Assembly (NCBI GenBank): GCA_951406725.2
Contig: OX597827.1
Coordinates: forward strand, 36,208,001-36,272,000
Direction of reading: 5' to 3'
DNA length: 64,000 nucleotides
Origin: Octopus vulgaris
Taxonomy: Eukaryota
Shown here: piece by piece, positions 38,300-51,330 of the stretch
Position numbering within the stretch: position 1 is the stretch's first letter
Layout of the letters: the number at the start of each line of letters is the position of its first letter
Translations under genes and position numbers: made by a program
The notes under the pieces: model-generated
What the model was told of the DNA's origin: nothing
The model's database searches: none
What the model saw: the letters and a program-made list of their open reading frames with translations, nothing else

Positions 38300-40210
38300 T
38301 ATTACTGAAAAGGGCAGTATATGGCAAAATCTGTAGATTACCAAATGAAAAATATATATGCCTTACTTTTAAATTAGATCCATTTATATTCTGAGATTAA
38401 CTTTGCCTTCCAACCATCTGCGGTTGATAAAATATGTACTAGCCGAGTACTCAAGTTGATCTCAAAGAATATACCCTATCTTTATATTTAGTGGCCTTGT
38501 GCTTATGTTACAAATGATGTTATCATTACTATTAAGGTGGTGAGCTGGCAGAATCATTAGCATGTTAGATGAAATACTTAGCAGCATATCTTCCAGCTCT
38601 CCACATTCTGAGCTCAAATCCTGCCGAGGTGAACTTTGCCACTCATTCTTTCAAGTTTGATAAAATAAAGTGCCAGTTTAGTGTTGGGAGTCAGTGCAAT
38701 TGACTTACCTCCCCACCCCTTGAAATTCCTGGCTGTGCCAAAATTAGAAGGAATTATTCACTATTATTACTAGGGTGGTAAGCTGGCAGAACTGTTAACC
38801 CATCAGACGAAATACTTAGTGCATTTTTTTTGGCTCTTTATCATCTGGGTTCAAATGCTGTCAAGGTCAACTTTGCCTTTAGTCCTTTTGTGGGGTCAAT
38901 GAAATAAAGTACCAGTTTAGCACTGAGCTCAAAGTAATCAACTAGCACCCTTCCCTCTAATTTCTGGCCTTGTACCTACAGTACAAAGAATTATTATTAT
39001 TGTTATTGTTTGTTTTGCAAGATTCCTGATGTGAAATCCTGTGTTGAAACAGATGTTGTTATATTTCAGGATGGTTATATTTTTTTCCTTGTATTATCAT
39101 CATTATTATTATTATTATCTAAGGCGGCAAACTGGCAGAATCTTTGGTACGCCAGGCAAAATGCTTAGCAGCATTTTGTCTGTCTTTATGTTCTGGGTTC
39201 AAATTTCGCTGAGGTTGACTTTGCCTTTCAGGGTCAATAAAATAAGTACCAGTTGAACACTGGGGCCCATGTAATTGACCCCAGATATTACTGGCCTTGT
39301 GCCAAAATTTGAAATTATTATTACAACAAAGGACAATGACTGACAAAATAGGTAGAGCACTGGTCAATACACCTTGTAATATTTAGTTACATCCTAAGTA
39401 GAAATCCTGGTATTGTTGAGAACGTCTTTCTTACTTTAGGAGTAGTTTAAATAATTACTAGTTAATTACCGGGTGCTAATTAATTAACTGTATCTCTCAT
39501 CCAAAATGCTTAGCTTTGTGCCTATATTAGAAACTGTTATTATTATTGGCATTGATTTTAATTCATTGTCCTCTCCCCCTCCTACTAAAATGTGTGGCCT
39601 TGTGTTTAAGTAAGAAATTATTATTTTTCTGTTAACGTGTATGTTGTTGGTTCAATTCCTGCCAAGATCGATTTTGCCTTTTATCCTTCCAAAAGCCAAT
39701 AAAATAAATACCAGTCAAAAACTGGGGTTGATTTAATTGACTGTGCCTTCCCTCTGAAAAAATATTTTGTGGCCTTGTGCCAGTGTTAGATATTGTTATT
39801 GTATTATCCATTGTTCTCTGTCTGTTATGAGTTCAAATCCTGCCAGAGTTGTCTTTGCCTTTAGCCTTCCAGAGTTGATTAAATAAGTACCAGTAATATA
39901 CTGAAACTCTGATTAAATCAACTACACTTGCTTTCCGACAACAGTTTTTGACCTTGTGCTTGCATGAGAAATCATATTTTTATTAGAGTAGTGAGTTGGC
40001 AGTAACAGTAGAATGATGAGCAAAATTCACTTGCTGTACACAGTTAGTTACATTCTTAGTTCAAATTCTGCCAGGATCAACTTTGCCTTCTATACTTCCA
40101 AGGTCAATAAAATTAGTACCATTTGAACATGGTGGGGTAGGGGAGTGATTGACTCAACTGTACTCTTCATTCAAAATTTGTGGCATTGTGCTTAGGTTAA
40201 AAGTCATTAA
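38300..40210 (+). repeat. Head-to-tail array of about 9 diverged family-A SINE copies
   Basis: The same motifs recur about every 190-250 bp in one orientation, separated by ATT-rich tails. Confidence 0.8.
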
Positions 40211-41289
40211 TTTGTTTTTCTGTATGTGATGGCATAAAAGACACAGGCATATAGATGTACTCTAATTTCATCAGTGTGTATTCATGAAAAAACTTTTAGT
40301 GCATTAAAGCATGTAATAAAGGCCCAGCTTTGCTTATAGGACTCTGATTTTTTTTTTTTTTTTTGAGACATTTTTGGGGAAAAACTAAGCATGTCTTATA
40401 TGGCCAGCACATGATACTAACTGCAGTAGGGCCTTCCATTGGCACATAAATCTGTTGTTTCTTCTCTCTCTGCCTACTCTGATATTACTATAGCTGCCTT
40501 TCCTCTATTGAATTAATTAGTGGTATACTACTTCCACCCAGTCCCGCTGACGAACACATCTATCCTCATTTTGTTACCTCTTACTGTGCCTCACCACCCT
40601 CGCCTTGCACGTTGCACACACACACACACACACCCCAGCCCTGCCCTTTAAATTATTCCTCCCAGATTATCAACCTTCTGTAATTTCATGGCAACATATT
40701 TCTCTGCAGATGTCAACTTGCTGAGGATCAAGCTGACTGCCAACTGCATCAATTTTGACCAATCTGAGAGAGTCTGCTGCAAAGGTTCATGAGTACAACC
40801 CCTAAAGTTTCATTGTAGCCATTATAGACCATGCTCAATGAAAAATCCCTTGCTTTAAAGATGCATGGATTCAATCATCATTGTAAGAAATTTGTACAAT
40901 TTCCGCTCACCCTTCCACCTTATGACTATTGATTCCGTTCAGTTTTTAATGTAATTGCTTCATAATGATGCATTCAGCTATTTTGTTGTTTTCATTATCT
41001 AAACAGACATATTAAGGTCGAACGCCCGTTTTTTTGCGCTTTTTTTCAAGCTCATCCTTCTTTTTTAAGATGGTAAGGAGTGATTATGTGGAAGATTTAG
41101 CTGCTATTTGTAGCAAGTTAAATGATTATTTATAGGCTCCCTTGTTACTTGGTTTTGTTTTTTTTTAATAGAGGAGCAAAATGATATGACTTCTGTAGAT
41201 GTCTTTGTAAATTGAATTTTCTTTTAATATTTATATTACTTTTTTTATAAACTCATATATGTCCTGAATTTTTTTTTTTTTTTTTTTTG

Positions 41290-41930
41290 TCCACTCCACT
41301 TGTCTGTTGACATTGCTAATGATACTCTCAACACTGCTTCAGCAAATAGACTGAAGTGTACACTTCACTGATGAGGTCTAATAATACTGAAATATGTCCA
41401 GAGTTGTCTCCCATACTCAACAAAAGGATTAAAATAATATTAGTCGTTCAGCTAATGATGTCATTTCTTCACTGCATAATTCTAATTAGATTTTTGGGGG
41501 AGATTCTCACTTTATTAAATATGCTAACACTAACTTAACTATTGTTTTTTTCATGCAGATGACGTCTCTGAGTAATTAACTACAGTGAATTATTTTTTTA
41601 AATATTTAAATATTTTCACATCTCCTTGTGTACACTGTTGTACATCTACTTAGTGATTCTCTCAACAATACACCAGCAAGTATGGTGACGTCTGTTATAC
41701 TGTGGAAATCTAATAAAACTGAAACATGTCTGAAGTTATATCCCTTACTTGCTGGAATAATTAAAACTATATTAGTCATTGAGCTAATGTTGTGTTTTCC
41801 TCACCACATAATTGTTTCTAATTACATTTTTGATGCTCATTACATTAAATATGTTAACACTAACTTAACTGTTGTTTTGTCATGTGGATGGTGTCTCTAA
41901 ATGATTAATCTTTGTGATTTATTTTATCAC
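41290..41930 (+). repeat. Diverged tandem repeat, ~332-bp unit x2 (plus a partial copy upstream), each unit with a hammerhead remnant
   Basis: Shared blocks (tattagtc, attaaatatg.taacactaacttaact.ttgtttt, gtctct) recur about 330 bp apart; GAAA at 41389 and 41721. Confidence 0.75.
41362..41404 (+). ncRNA. Degenerate hammerhead motif, copy 1 of a 332-bp tandem unit
   Basis: ACTTCA-CTGATGA-GGT ctaataat ACT-GAAA-TAT-GTC-cagagt. Core intact, 3' strand of helix I decayed. Copy 2 (41700-41736) keeps GAAACATGTC-TGAAGT. Confidence 0.6.
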
Positions 41931-42032
41931 TTCATTCTAAGTGTTCTATCAGACACACACACATACATCATAGATACACTGTGCATACATCCTACATCTC
42001 ACTGACACTTCACACATATCACAGACTAAGAT

Positions 42033-42072
<40 letters not shown>

Positions 42073-43259
42073 TATATATGCAGACACCTCATACCTCTTA
42101 TCCATACACACACACACAAAAGCATATACCAATTTTGATGTTCACAGAAACAAATGGATCTATTCTAATGTTGAAATGCATAATGCACACACACATACAT
42201 TCATTCACACACCTCACATTGTGTATGCATACACTGAATCTTACAAACATGCCTTGTGTAACAGACACTTTACATATATACAAATTCATTCTGATATGTA
42301 CAAACACGCACGTCAGCCCCATGTAAAAAGCACTCATGCTGGTGCTACATTAGGAGCATCCAGCACACACCGCAAAGTGGTTTGCATTAGGAATGGCATC
42401 CAGCCATAGAAACCAATCCAAATCCAACTGGAACCTGGTGCCAGCTCTGGTCAAACTATCTAACCCATGCCAGCATGGACAATGGATGTTAAAGGATGCT
42501 GATGATGATATATGTATAAAAGGATAGATCTGTGCATGTGTATACATGTACACAATCTCTCAGATGTCAGTTACATCTGATATTTCGTAATGGTTATTAA
42601 TTAAAGCAATGATGGAATATGTGTATTTGTGTTTGATTTCCCTCTTACACTTTGTCACTATATTTCATTGTTGAATTTAGGTAACAAACTGGCTGAATCA
42701 TCAGACGAAATGCTTAGTGGTATTTCTTCCAGTGATTTATGTTCTGAGTTCAAATTCCACAGAAGTCAACTTTGCCTTTCCTCCCTTCAGGTTCAATAAA
42801 ATAAAGTACCAGTCAAATACTGGGGTTGATGTAATTGGCTTGCTCCCTCTCTTCAAGATTGTTGACCTTCTGCAAGAATCAAAAAGAATATTTCACTCGT
42901 ACAAATACAGGCATGCATGCGTGCATACATACATACAGACAGCATTAATTTGGATTTCAGATCCCCATACCAAAGGATGTGACAATTGTTCCTGAAATGA
43001 GGATACCCTTGGTCAGTTGCAGACCTGGCATTCTGCCACGCCCAGGCCATCAACTGTGCCACAACTCTCTTATGCATGTCTACAGACTAAGATACATTTT
43101 ATATATATAAATATATATACACACACACACACACACATATATATATGCAGACACCTCTTATCCATACACACACACATAAAAGCATATACCAATTTCGACA
43201 TTTTCTCAGTTTCCATTTGCCTGTCCTTTCATTGAAAGATAAACTTATTTACAATTTCT

Positions 43260-43750
43260 TAATTCTACTTTCTGACTCCACGGCTGCTCCAAGCTTTCCT
43301 TCACCACCTCTCATCACTTTCAGAAATGATAAGAACCTCAGAAACCTCCTAATAAGAAGCTCCAGACCACCCAGCCCTACACAACCCAGCACTCTTAAAT
43401 GCAATTGCCAATAGTGCAACACCTACCCCTACATTAATAACACTACAACAGCAATTGGGCCTGGGTTACAATATCATATTCCTCAGAATTTCTGACGCAC
43501 ATTGTATCATATGCAAACTTTGCAGCGTTCTTAGCACTGGGGAAACAGGTTGATGCTTGCCTGGAGCACATTCAAAGCATTCTACTACATATGCCAGGCT
43601 AATCAGCCACCACCCATTTCAACACTACTGGTCATTCCATCACTTACTTGTCTGTGCATGGCTATGCAGCCCACCATGGATTTACATTTTCAAGTAAGCA
43701 GAGAGAGCATTTCATGTTATCAAGTTCATTATCCCTTTAGCATTTTATCT
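43260..43750 (+). mobile_element. Penelope-like element remnant (linker and GIY-YIG region)
   Basis: FPSPPLITFRNDKNLRNLLIRS..KCNCQ*CNTYPYI then CKLCSVLSTGETG, matching the PLE pattern PLxAFRRxxNLRDxLVRS..CxxxRCxTC..YIGETG. Confidence 0.7.
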
Positions 43751-44284
43751 GGACCATATATTCTACCTATTTATATTCAGCTCATTTGTCCCTTCCTCTC
43801 AGCTCCTACAGGCTGCCAACCATGTCATTCCTCTCTCATTCTCCCCAACTGTATCATCTTTACAACTCCTACTGCCTCCACCCACCCCCTCTTCTGCATC
43901 CTTCTATCTCTCCTAACTAATGGTTCCTTCTCATCCATCCTTCAACTTACTCATTCTGGAAGTCTGTCTCTCCATTCCCTCATTCTCCTTCCACACAATC
44001 TTGCAAACCAATCCTTCAACTCACCTTGTACCTTGTGGAGCCACCTAGGCACCTCATTGCCATTATCTATCTCTTACCACTCCAGTATAAGGAAAGAAAG
44101 GAGACTTCTGGTATATGAGATAAGATTTACGGTCAAAGGGAAGAGCCTTCCTTTCAAGTTAAGAGATTACTGGGGTACGGAACTCTTGTGGGAAAAAAAT
44201 TTGCAAGCATGTATAGGGAAAGAAAGGAGACTTCTGATATATGAGAAGAGATTTCTGGTCAAAGGAAATCTCTTCCCCTTTTAA

Positions 44285-44800
44285 AATTAGTTGCTGAATT
44301 CTTGTGAAACTCTAATTCAGTTCTTTGTGATGAACTAAAAGACATCAAGTATGATATTGTTTATATGGCATATATATTCACAAAGTTCAATGAAGTTAAT
44401 CTGCAGCAGCAAGGAAAAGAAGTTATGCCATAACAAAGTAAAATCAGCCCTCTCCATGTTTCTGTCCAAGTTACAGTTGTTCAAATGCAACATCAGCTGT
44501 TATGAGTTCTTCCAGTTTCCAAGCCTCTTTGAACTGGAGAAAGTAAAGTGCATACCAGAAGATGACCTTCAAGTATATTGTTCACACCTGGATGAGCTGC
44601 ACAGAGACATACCAGTCTGGGTGATTTCTAGATATCAGTAATGAGGAAACGAATAGTGGAGGAAGAACTGACTTCAATTTAAAATGATACCGAGCTGTGG
44701 CCAAAGTTAAAAAGAACCATATCAGGATTTTATGTTGCAAAAGGACATTTCTGACAACTTACCTCATAGTTCCATTCAGCCTGATGGATTCCTGCACAAA
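44285..44800 (+). mobile_element. hAT (Charlie/SCAND3/ZBED-like) transposase fragment
   Basis: DIVYMAYIFTKFNEVNLQQQG..KVKSALSMFLSKLQLFKCNI..EFFQFPSL..YCSHLDELHRD, frameshifted. Confidence 0.7.
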
Positions 44801-44907
44801 GTACATCTATCACATTAAAAATATGAAAATAAAGTAGTTAGTGGTGAGATGTAAATTTACTGTCATATTGTAAAAAACAGCAAAATAACGGGTTAACTGG
44901 ATGAAGT

Positions 44908-44913
44908 TTTATT
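44908..44913 (-). promoter_or_regulatory. Candidate polyadenylation signal (AATAAA) of EXOC4
   Basis: tttatt on the + strand about 370 nt past the EXOC4 stop. Positional inference only. Confidence 0.4.
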
Positions 44914-45281
44914 TGTGAAATACAGTTGTTTTAAATTCGAAGTAGAAAGAGGTATGCTTGTGGTGGTGTGATGGGGGAGGGGGAGAAAAGTGTAGCTTGG
45001 GAACCAAGCAGGTGGGAGTCGGAAAAGGGTTGGGAAATAGGACCAGCTCCACTTGAGGTGGAGAGATAATTGCAAAATTCAAAATCTCATAAGTTGACAT
45101 GTAAGAAAAAGGACAGGATTATCATCTAGAGAACAGTTGTAGACATGTGTCCCAGGCTTAGTAGCCATCATCAGCACAACATTTGTCCAATTGCACGTGT
45201 GTGTGTGTCTGTTTTGGATATTTGAATATATATATTTGTATATCTGTATGTATATAAGCATTAGGGCATTCTTGTATGGTT

Positions 45282-45482
45282 CTATATATTAGTGCTATCG
45301 TCTGCAGCAGAATGTGATACATTCTGCATTACAGTGTGCAACCTCTGTAGTCTGGCTTCAAGTTGGTCCTGTGATGTAGACATGGCTGCACCTGGCTGGC
45401 TGCGGTGCTGTAGCTGGAACAACTGGATGTACTCTTGCTCTGTGTACTGAGCTCCTTTCTCAGCTATACCATCGATGATAGC
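45282..45482 (-). CDS. EXOC4: Sec8 terminal coding exon (AIIDGIAEKGAQYTEQEYIQLFQLQHRSQPG...DDSTNI*)
   Basis: Pyrimidine tract + caccag acceptor; YTExEYI..L.L.HRSQ motif; TAG at 45282-45284. Confidence 0.92.
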   Translation of the reverse strand, partial: AIIDGIAEKGAQYTEQEYIQLFQLQHRSQPGAAMSTSQDQLEARLQRLHTVMQNVSHSAADDSTNI

Positions 45483-45674
45483 CTGGTGAATGATCAACAG
45501 AAAGAAAAGAGCTGTTAATGGTGGTGGTGTAGTTATGATAGATATGTGATATAGCATTGTCATATAGCCCCAGGTCAGTTTACTTGTGATTAAAGACATC
45601 ACTAAAAATGTTATTTTGAGTTGTTATTCCTTGCATTTTAGCATGGGTTAGATAGGTATGTTTCAACACAGTCT

Positions 45675-45718
<44 letters not shown>

Positions 45719-46098
45719 ATGTAGCTTCCCTTTGTCATCTGCTTTGTGAGGTTTGGATAATGAGATCAAACCTCACCATGTTTCTTTTGGGTCTTTTTCT
45801 TCAGCAAGTCTTTTTTTTATATATATATATGCAGCAAAACAAAGAGGCTTTCATTTTAAGCAAAACCAAACCAGATATCTTCATTTGTAAATGAACAGGA
45901 GTTGCTGTTCAATACTATTAAGCTATTGTTTATAAAACTGACAAGGAAAGAGATGCTTCAAGTTAGTCAACAACTAAGTTGTCATACGCTGACATCCTTC
46001 AAACCAATTCAAAAGTGTCTTCCAAGCTGATAACACCACCCTATTACAACCCATGTTAGAGGTAGTTAAAAGAGAAGAGTGAAATGGAAGCCACTTAC

Positions 46099-46210
46099 AT
46101 CAGGACTGGTGTATAGCAACTCATAATACTGACGGGCATGGTCCAAGTCTGACTCCCGTGACATAGTGATGTTGGTAAGATTCTGCTGGATGGCAAAAAT
46201 ATTACGACAC
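46099..46210 (-). CDS. EXOC4: Sec8 exon ([37 protein letters not shown])
   Basis: tgttgcag acceptor, gtaagt donor, 112 nt; near-identical to recalled [33 protein letters not shown]. Confidence 0.96.
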
Positions 46211-47587
46211 CTGCAACAAACAATTGTACAATGGTAATAGTGATGGTACTGATAGTCAGGAATGGCAATTGTTGTGATATGTAGTAATGACAGTGAAATA
46301 GTGATATATAGCTCTTCCAAAAACCATCACAACAAAAGTATATTGTAACATTTTGATGTCATTCACTTACAAGCACACATGTATATACAATACACATTAC
46401 ATATACACACATATATGTATAGGTACAAGCATGTTTGTATTGGGGCTTCTGGTGTGAATGCCAGGCAGTATGGCATGTCATTTGCAAATTTCTGGCTGAG
46501 TGAATTGCGTCATCATGCTATTTTTCTCATAGACGGCGTCCAACTGACCCTACTATACTGTGTAGGCGACAAAATCAAAAACAAACAAAGCACATGTGCA
46601 AAATAAAATGCAAGATTGAAAAAACTGACAGAAGCAATTGGTACACATAAAAACCAATGGTGTCAGGAAGTTTCAGGAAATCACATTAGAATGGGTTAAT
46701 GTAGAGCAAGCAGCAGCCAGGAAAAGAGTACCTCCCATATTTTGAGTGTGTGGCCTCACAAACAAGTCACCCACACAAACACACTGAAAGGTCTCAAATT
46801 GAACACAACCAATTTCTAGCAGCTAATCTGATATGCAATCTATATTGTAGAGAATTTTCCGGCTGATCGGGAATTGCAGGACACATAGAAGTATACAATG
46901 AAGGTGCTGTACCAAACAAGCACCTAGTTACAATACATGAATACAAATACTGCATCTACAACAAAAAATGCAATACTTATTGGCTTTAAAAAGCTGTTGG
47001 TCCATAGTCACTGAAATAGGACTCCTCCCAATAAGATATATAGTCAGCAATGGTCATACTTGTCTATGACAGCAATCATGTATGTATGTGTGCGAAATGC
47101 TTAGCAGTATTTCGTCTGCAGCTACATTCTGAGTTCAAATTCCGCCGAGGTCGACTTTGCCTTTCATCCTTTCGGGGTCAATTAAATAAGTACTAGATAC
47201 ATACTGGGGGTCGATGTAATCGACTTAATCCGTTTGTCTGTCTTTGTTTCTCTTCTCTGTGTTTAGCCCCATGTGGGTAGTAAAGAAATATGTATGTATG
47301 TGTGTGCAAACAAAATCTACATGAATATTGATAACTGACAGCTTCACTTGTCACCACTTGAATGAAATGCTGATATGATGCTTCCATTCCTTGTTGACAT
47401 TACTACAGGTTAAAAAAATTCCCTTTTTGAAAAACTGGTAAAGGTTGGCAACAGGAAGAGTACCTGGCTGTAAAATCCTGCCTCAAATAAGTCCCTACCC
47501 AACACAGGGTAGCATGGAAAAATGGATGATAAATGAACACTACTGGCACCACATACAAGAGAGTGAAGGTAAGTAAATTATACAAAC

Positions 47588-47683
47588 ATTTTCTTGATGC
47601 CATTCTCGTTGATCTTCTTGAGAAACTGAATACTGTTGATGAGGATGGATGCAACCAAGTAGCCAAGACTTTCAAAGATGTAC
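47588..47683 (-). CDS. EXOC4: Sec8 exon (YIFESLGYLVASILINSIQFLKKINENGIKKM)
   Basis: ccttacag acceptor, 96 nt. The weak AT|gtttgt donor is required by phase to give GIKKMCRNIF. Confidence 0.92.
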
Positions 47684-48261
47684 CTGTAAGGACATGTGGA
47701 TTAATGAACAAATTAAGTTGTTGAAATGAGTGAGTGATGCAGCACTGATATATGTGCATGTATGTGTGTATTGATGTGCAGGAGTTTATATATGTGCATA
47801 TATATGTATACATGTGTCTGAGAAAGAGAGAGTGCATATATAAATTGCATATATGGACATATATACAATATATAAATACACAGAACACACACAATTGAAA
47901 AGTACCATTTAAATGATAAGGTCTACTGAGTAGAGATAAAAATTTACTCTATAGTACCACAATGTTCCATAAAGATACACTATCAGAGTGTTCCCCGAAA
48001 AGACACTGCACTTTGCCCTACACTGTCATCATACTCTGCCCTACATGGTCACCCACAGTGTACTACAGAGTAGTTTACTCTACATAGTGTTCAGTCAACC
48101 TTACAAAGACAGTAGTGGATAGGAACTTACAAACCATTAGAAGGCAATTTACAATATTGATTTTTTTCGACACAACTATATCACCTCTGTATCATGACAT
48201 TGATTTAAGGATACCAGAGACAGAAAAAGAGTGATGAAAAAAACACAAAAATGCAACTCAC

Positions 48262-48380
48262 TTGAATTTCTTTGGTTGTAAACTGAGTGAAAGTACTTCT
48301 TCAATGTTGGAGAGGTCCTTGTTTAGTTTGAGTACATTGGAGTCTGGATCAAGGTCATCTATAGGTCCAGCATAGTTGGA
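48262..48380 (-). CDS. EXOC4: Sec8 exon (SNYAGPIDDLDPDSNVLKLNKDLSNIEEVLSLSLQPKKFK)
   Basis: aacttcag acceptor, gtgagt donor, 119 nt; KLNKDxSxIEE motif. Confidence 0.93.
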
Positions 48381-49099
48381 CTGAAGTTATAACAAAAGAT
48401 AAGTTTTATACACACACATATATAACATTATCATCATTGTCTCAAATCCACTTTCCACTGCCTCACACCCACCACTGTCATGGGTGGTGTGGGTTGGGTT
48501 GAAGAACCACATCTTGCTCAGACGTTTCCCTTTATCTTGGCTTCTATGGCTTCCTAAAATCAGCTACATAAAGTGTACTTGGATGCAGTAGAGAGGTTGT
48601 CATGTCTTCAACAAGACTAAATGGTTCTAGAACCCAGACTTAAAGTGCACTGGGTGCATATTGATATGGCGTAAACATTAGAAAGTGTGGGGCTGAGTGT
48701 ATCATGGATAGTAAGAGGAGGATAAATGGTGAGTGTGGGTGGGGAATATAAGTAGTGTGTGTGGAGTACATGTATATCTGATGAAGCCCCAAATGCATAT
48801 GCAACAAGGTGGTTGAGAGACCTTAACTGATAAAGATGTGAGTGAAAAAGGGTAGGAGTGATGGATGTGGAGTGTTGTGAGAGTCAGATAGATTCAGGGT
48901 ATCTCTAGTTACATTGGCAGCAACATACAAAGAAGAAAAGGCAGTGAATTTTTAAGGCTTATAAACCTCCATTAATGTCTTATGTCAGCTCCATACCAAT
49001 TCTAATTTAATTTATTAATTGTATTTCTAGAATATGACATTTTTCTATTTTTATACAATCTAAATTAGCCAATCTCTTAATTACCTTTGTATATATGTA

Positions 49100-49377
49100 T
49101 ATAATAATAATAATGAAACTATTGTATACAGTGCTCAGGTGCACCACAACTTGTCAGAAAGTGCGTATAGAGTATATGCAAGTAATATACAAATGTCTGG
49201 AAAGCGAACAATGTATGAGTCAGATACATGCTTGTGTGTGTATGGAGGGGAGAAAATCAGGTGTAGTGTTGGCGAATCTCAGAAAGCATGGAAGTTTTGA
49301 AGGATGCAGTGCTCCGACAACTAACAACTGATGCCGGCAGTTTGTTCCATGTTTCAGCAACTCTCAGCGTGAAAAAA
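49100..49377 (-). mobile_element. CR1-type LINE 3' fragment (same family as 8530-8980)
   Basis: Reverse complement of the 8705-8970 sequence, with (TAA)n tail. Confidence 0.75.
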
Positions 49378-49822
49378 TATGCAGAGATATATTTGTGCAT
49401 GCAAATGTCCATATATATAATCAACATATGTGTGTGTCAACATCACTTCTTCAAAATATGCAACCTATTTAATTAATCTCTCATTTCCCAATAGATGTTT
49501 CCTTTACAATATAAACACAAGACTGCTGTTCACTGGCTTTATATATACAAAAAAACTTTTTACACATTTTGCATACACGATGTATTAAGGACTATATTAT
49601 CCATTGTGCTCTTTTTTCTTTAAGTGGGCTGGGTGTGATCAAAGGAGACTTCACTGGTATTTCTAGCAGATTCAGCAATATGTTGAGGTTAACCTGTTAG
49701 CTTGATTGTTTGTAGTTATACATGTATGCAAAAATTGAGGACAGTCATGGCTAGAACAGGTTTGATCAGAGGTCTGCAGGAATGGAGATGATATATAGTA
49801 AAACACAATATTAAATGCATAC

Positions 49823-49937
49823 CTGCTTTGCAACTGGCAACAGATAGTAAAAACAGTGTACACGCACTTCAAGGTGTAGTAGCAACAGACATATCTCAGC
49901 TAGATTTTGGAAATCAGTCACCAAAGATTTCAAAGAC
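49823..49937 (-). CDS. EXOC4: Sec8 exon (SLKSLVTDFQNLAEICLLLLHLEVRVHCFYYLLPVAKQ)
   Basis: aag acceptor, gtatgc donor, 115 nt; hallmark LHLEVRVHCF motif. Confidence 0.95.
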
Positions 49938-50269
49938 CTTTACAATGAGAAAATTAGTAAATATAATTAAAAGAATAATTAGAATTTAATATTGAAATAC
50001 AATTTAACAAATACAATTTTATAATTAGAAAAAGTATAACTTAATAAATATGATTTAACATAAGTAAAAAATATAATTTGGTAATTAAATATAATTTAAT
50101 AAATTAATGTAACAGTTTATCAAACTATAAATAAATAAATGAATCAACTATAAATAAATATTTTATAGACAAGAAAAATAAAGAAACTTTATTGTTTTTT
50201 ATCTGGTTGTTTTCTTTTAAATATAGACAAATAAGCTTTATGCAATAATAGGACTGAACAAACGAAAGC

Positions 50270-50940
50270 CAGGGATAATAACATGAAGAATCATGCAAAG
50301 AGGGTAGTTGCTAGATCTATGAGGAAGGAGGCTGAGGAGAGGTTAAGTGGGCTGGATGAGAACCCAGATAGAGTATTTAGGTTTATTAAATCAATGAAAA
50401 AAGATGGAAGAGATGTTGAGGGAGGAAGATGCATGAGGGGGAGTGATAGAAGGTTGAATTTTATTGAGAAGGACAGGGGAAGAGATTGGAAGGAGCATAT
50501 GGTAGAAAATAAGGAACGAAGAGAATAAATGGGATCAGAGGGTGGAAATTGCTGTAGTGGAGGGGCCAATGGAGAAGGTTAGTCAGGGAGAAGTAGCAGA
50601 GGCAATGAAAGAAATGAAAACGCGAAAGGCAGCTGATCTATCAGAAGTAAGTGTGGAATTGATAACTGCAAATGGAGAGATACGGATTGTTGTGAGGATG
50701 GAGCACTGCCAGGGTGTGCTGGATGGAAGAGGAATGCCAGATGATTGGGCACTACATGTGGTGGTACTGATCTTCACCATCTTGTCCCATGTCTTCCTGG
50801 GCTTTCCACTCCACCGTTAGAGTGCGACACTTCTTCACACAGCTGTCATCATCCGTACGCATCACACGACCATAGCAGTGCAGTCGTCTCTCTTGCACAC
50901 TACATCTGATGCTTCTTATGCCCAACTTTTCTCTCAGGAT
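50270..50940. mobile_element. RTE-type LINE fragments: + strand pre-RT part joined to an inverted 3' part
   Basis: EVAEAMKEMKTRKAADLSEV...GRGMPDDW..VVLIF on +, then LREKLGIRSIRCSVQERRLHCYGRVMR on -. Confidence 0.7.
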
Positions 50941-51059
50941 ACTTACATAAATGTACATATATGCGTGCATGTGTGTGTATACAAACACACACATAAATAT
51001 ATATATGTGTGTGTATACACACACATGTACACACACACAATCACTATATACACACAAGA

Positions 51060-51330
51060 TGCATTCCAGACGTTTTGAGCCTTTTTGAGAGACTTTAATT
51101 TCAAAGTGCAAAACTCTAATCGCCATCAAAATAGGATCCTCTTGTGTAGTGCCCTAGCCACTTTGTTAACAGCCTCCTTCATTTTCTCAATGTCTTCAAA
51201 ACAACTACCTGAGCTTTTCAACAATCAAGAGTCACAAGGAGTAAGGTCTGGACTGTAGGAAGGGTGAGGGGCAGTTTTGATGCCCATCTCTGTCAAGTAG
51301 TTGGTTACCAGGATTGAATTGTGGTAACAA
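51060..51330 (-). mobile_element. Tc1/mariner transposase C-terminal fragment
   Basis: LVTNYLTEMGIKTAPHPSYSPDLTPCD (YSPDL motif) followed by FEDIEKMKEAV. Confidence 0.75.

Noticed and set aside
43550-44284. 244-aa ORF
   Set aside because: It spans a decayed Penelope remnant, a pyrimidine-rich tract and a local duplication, and shows no recognisable domain.
48775-48815. Isolated CTGANGA cores (also near 35077, 38132, 40547, 58948)
   Set aside because: No correctly placed GAAA, helix II and helix I; expected by chance.
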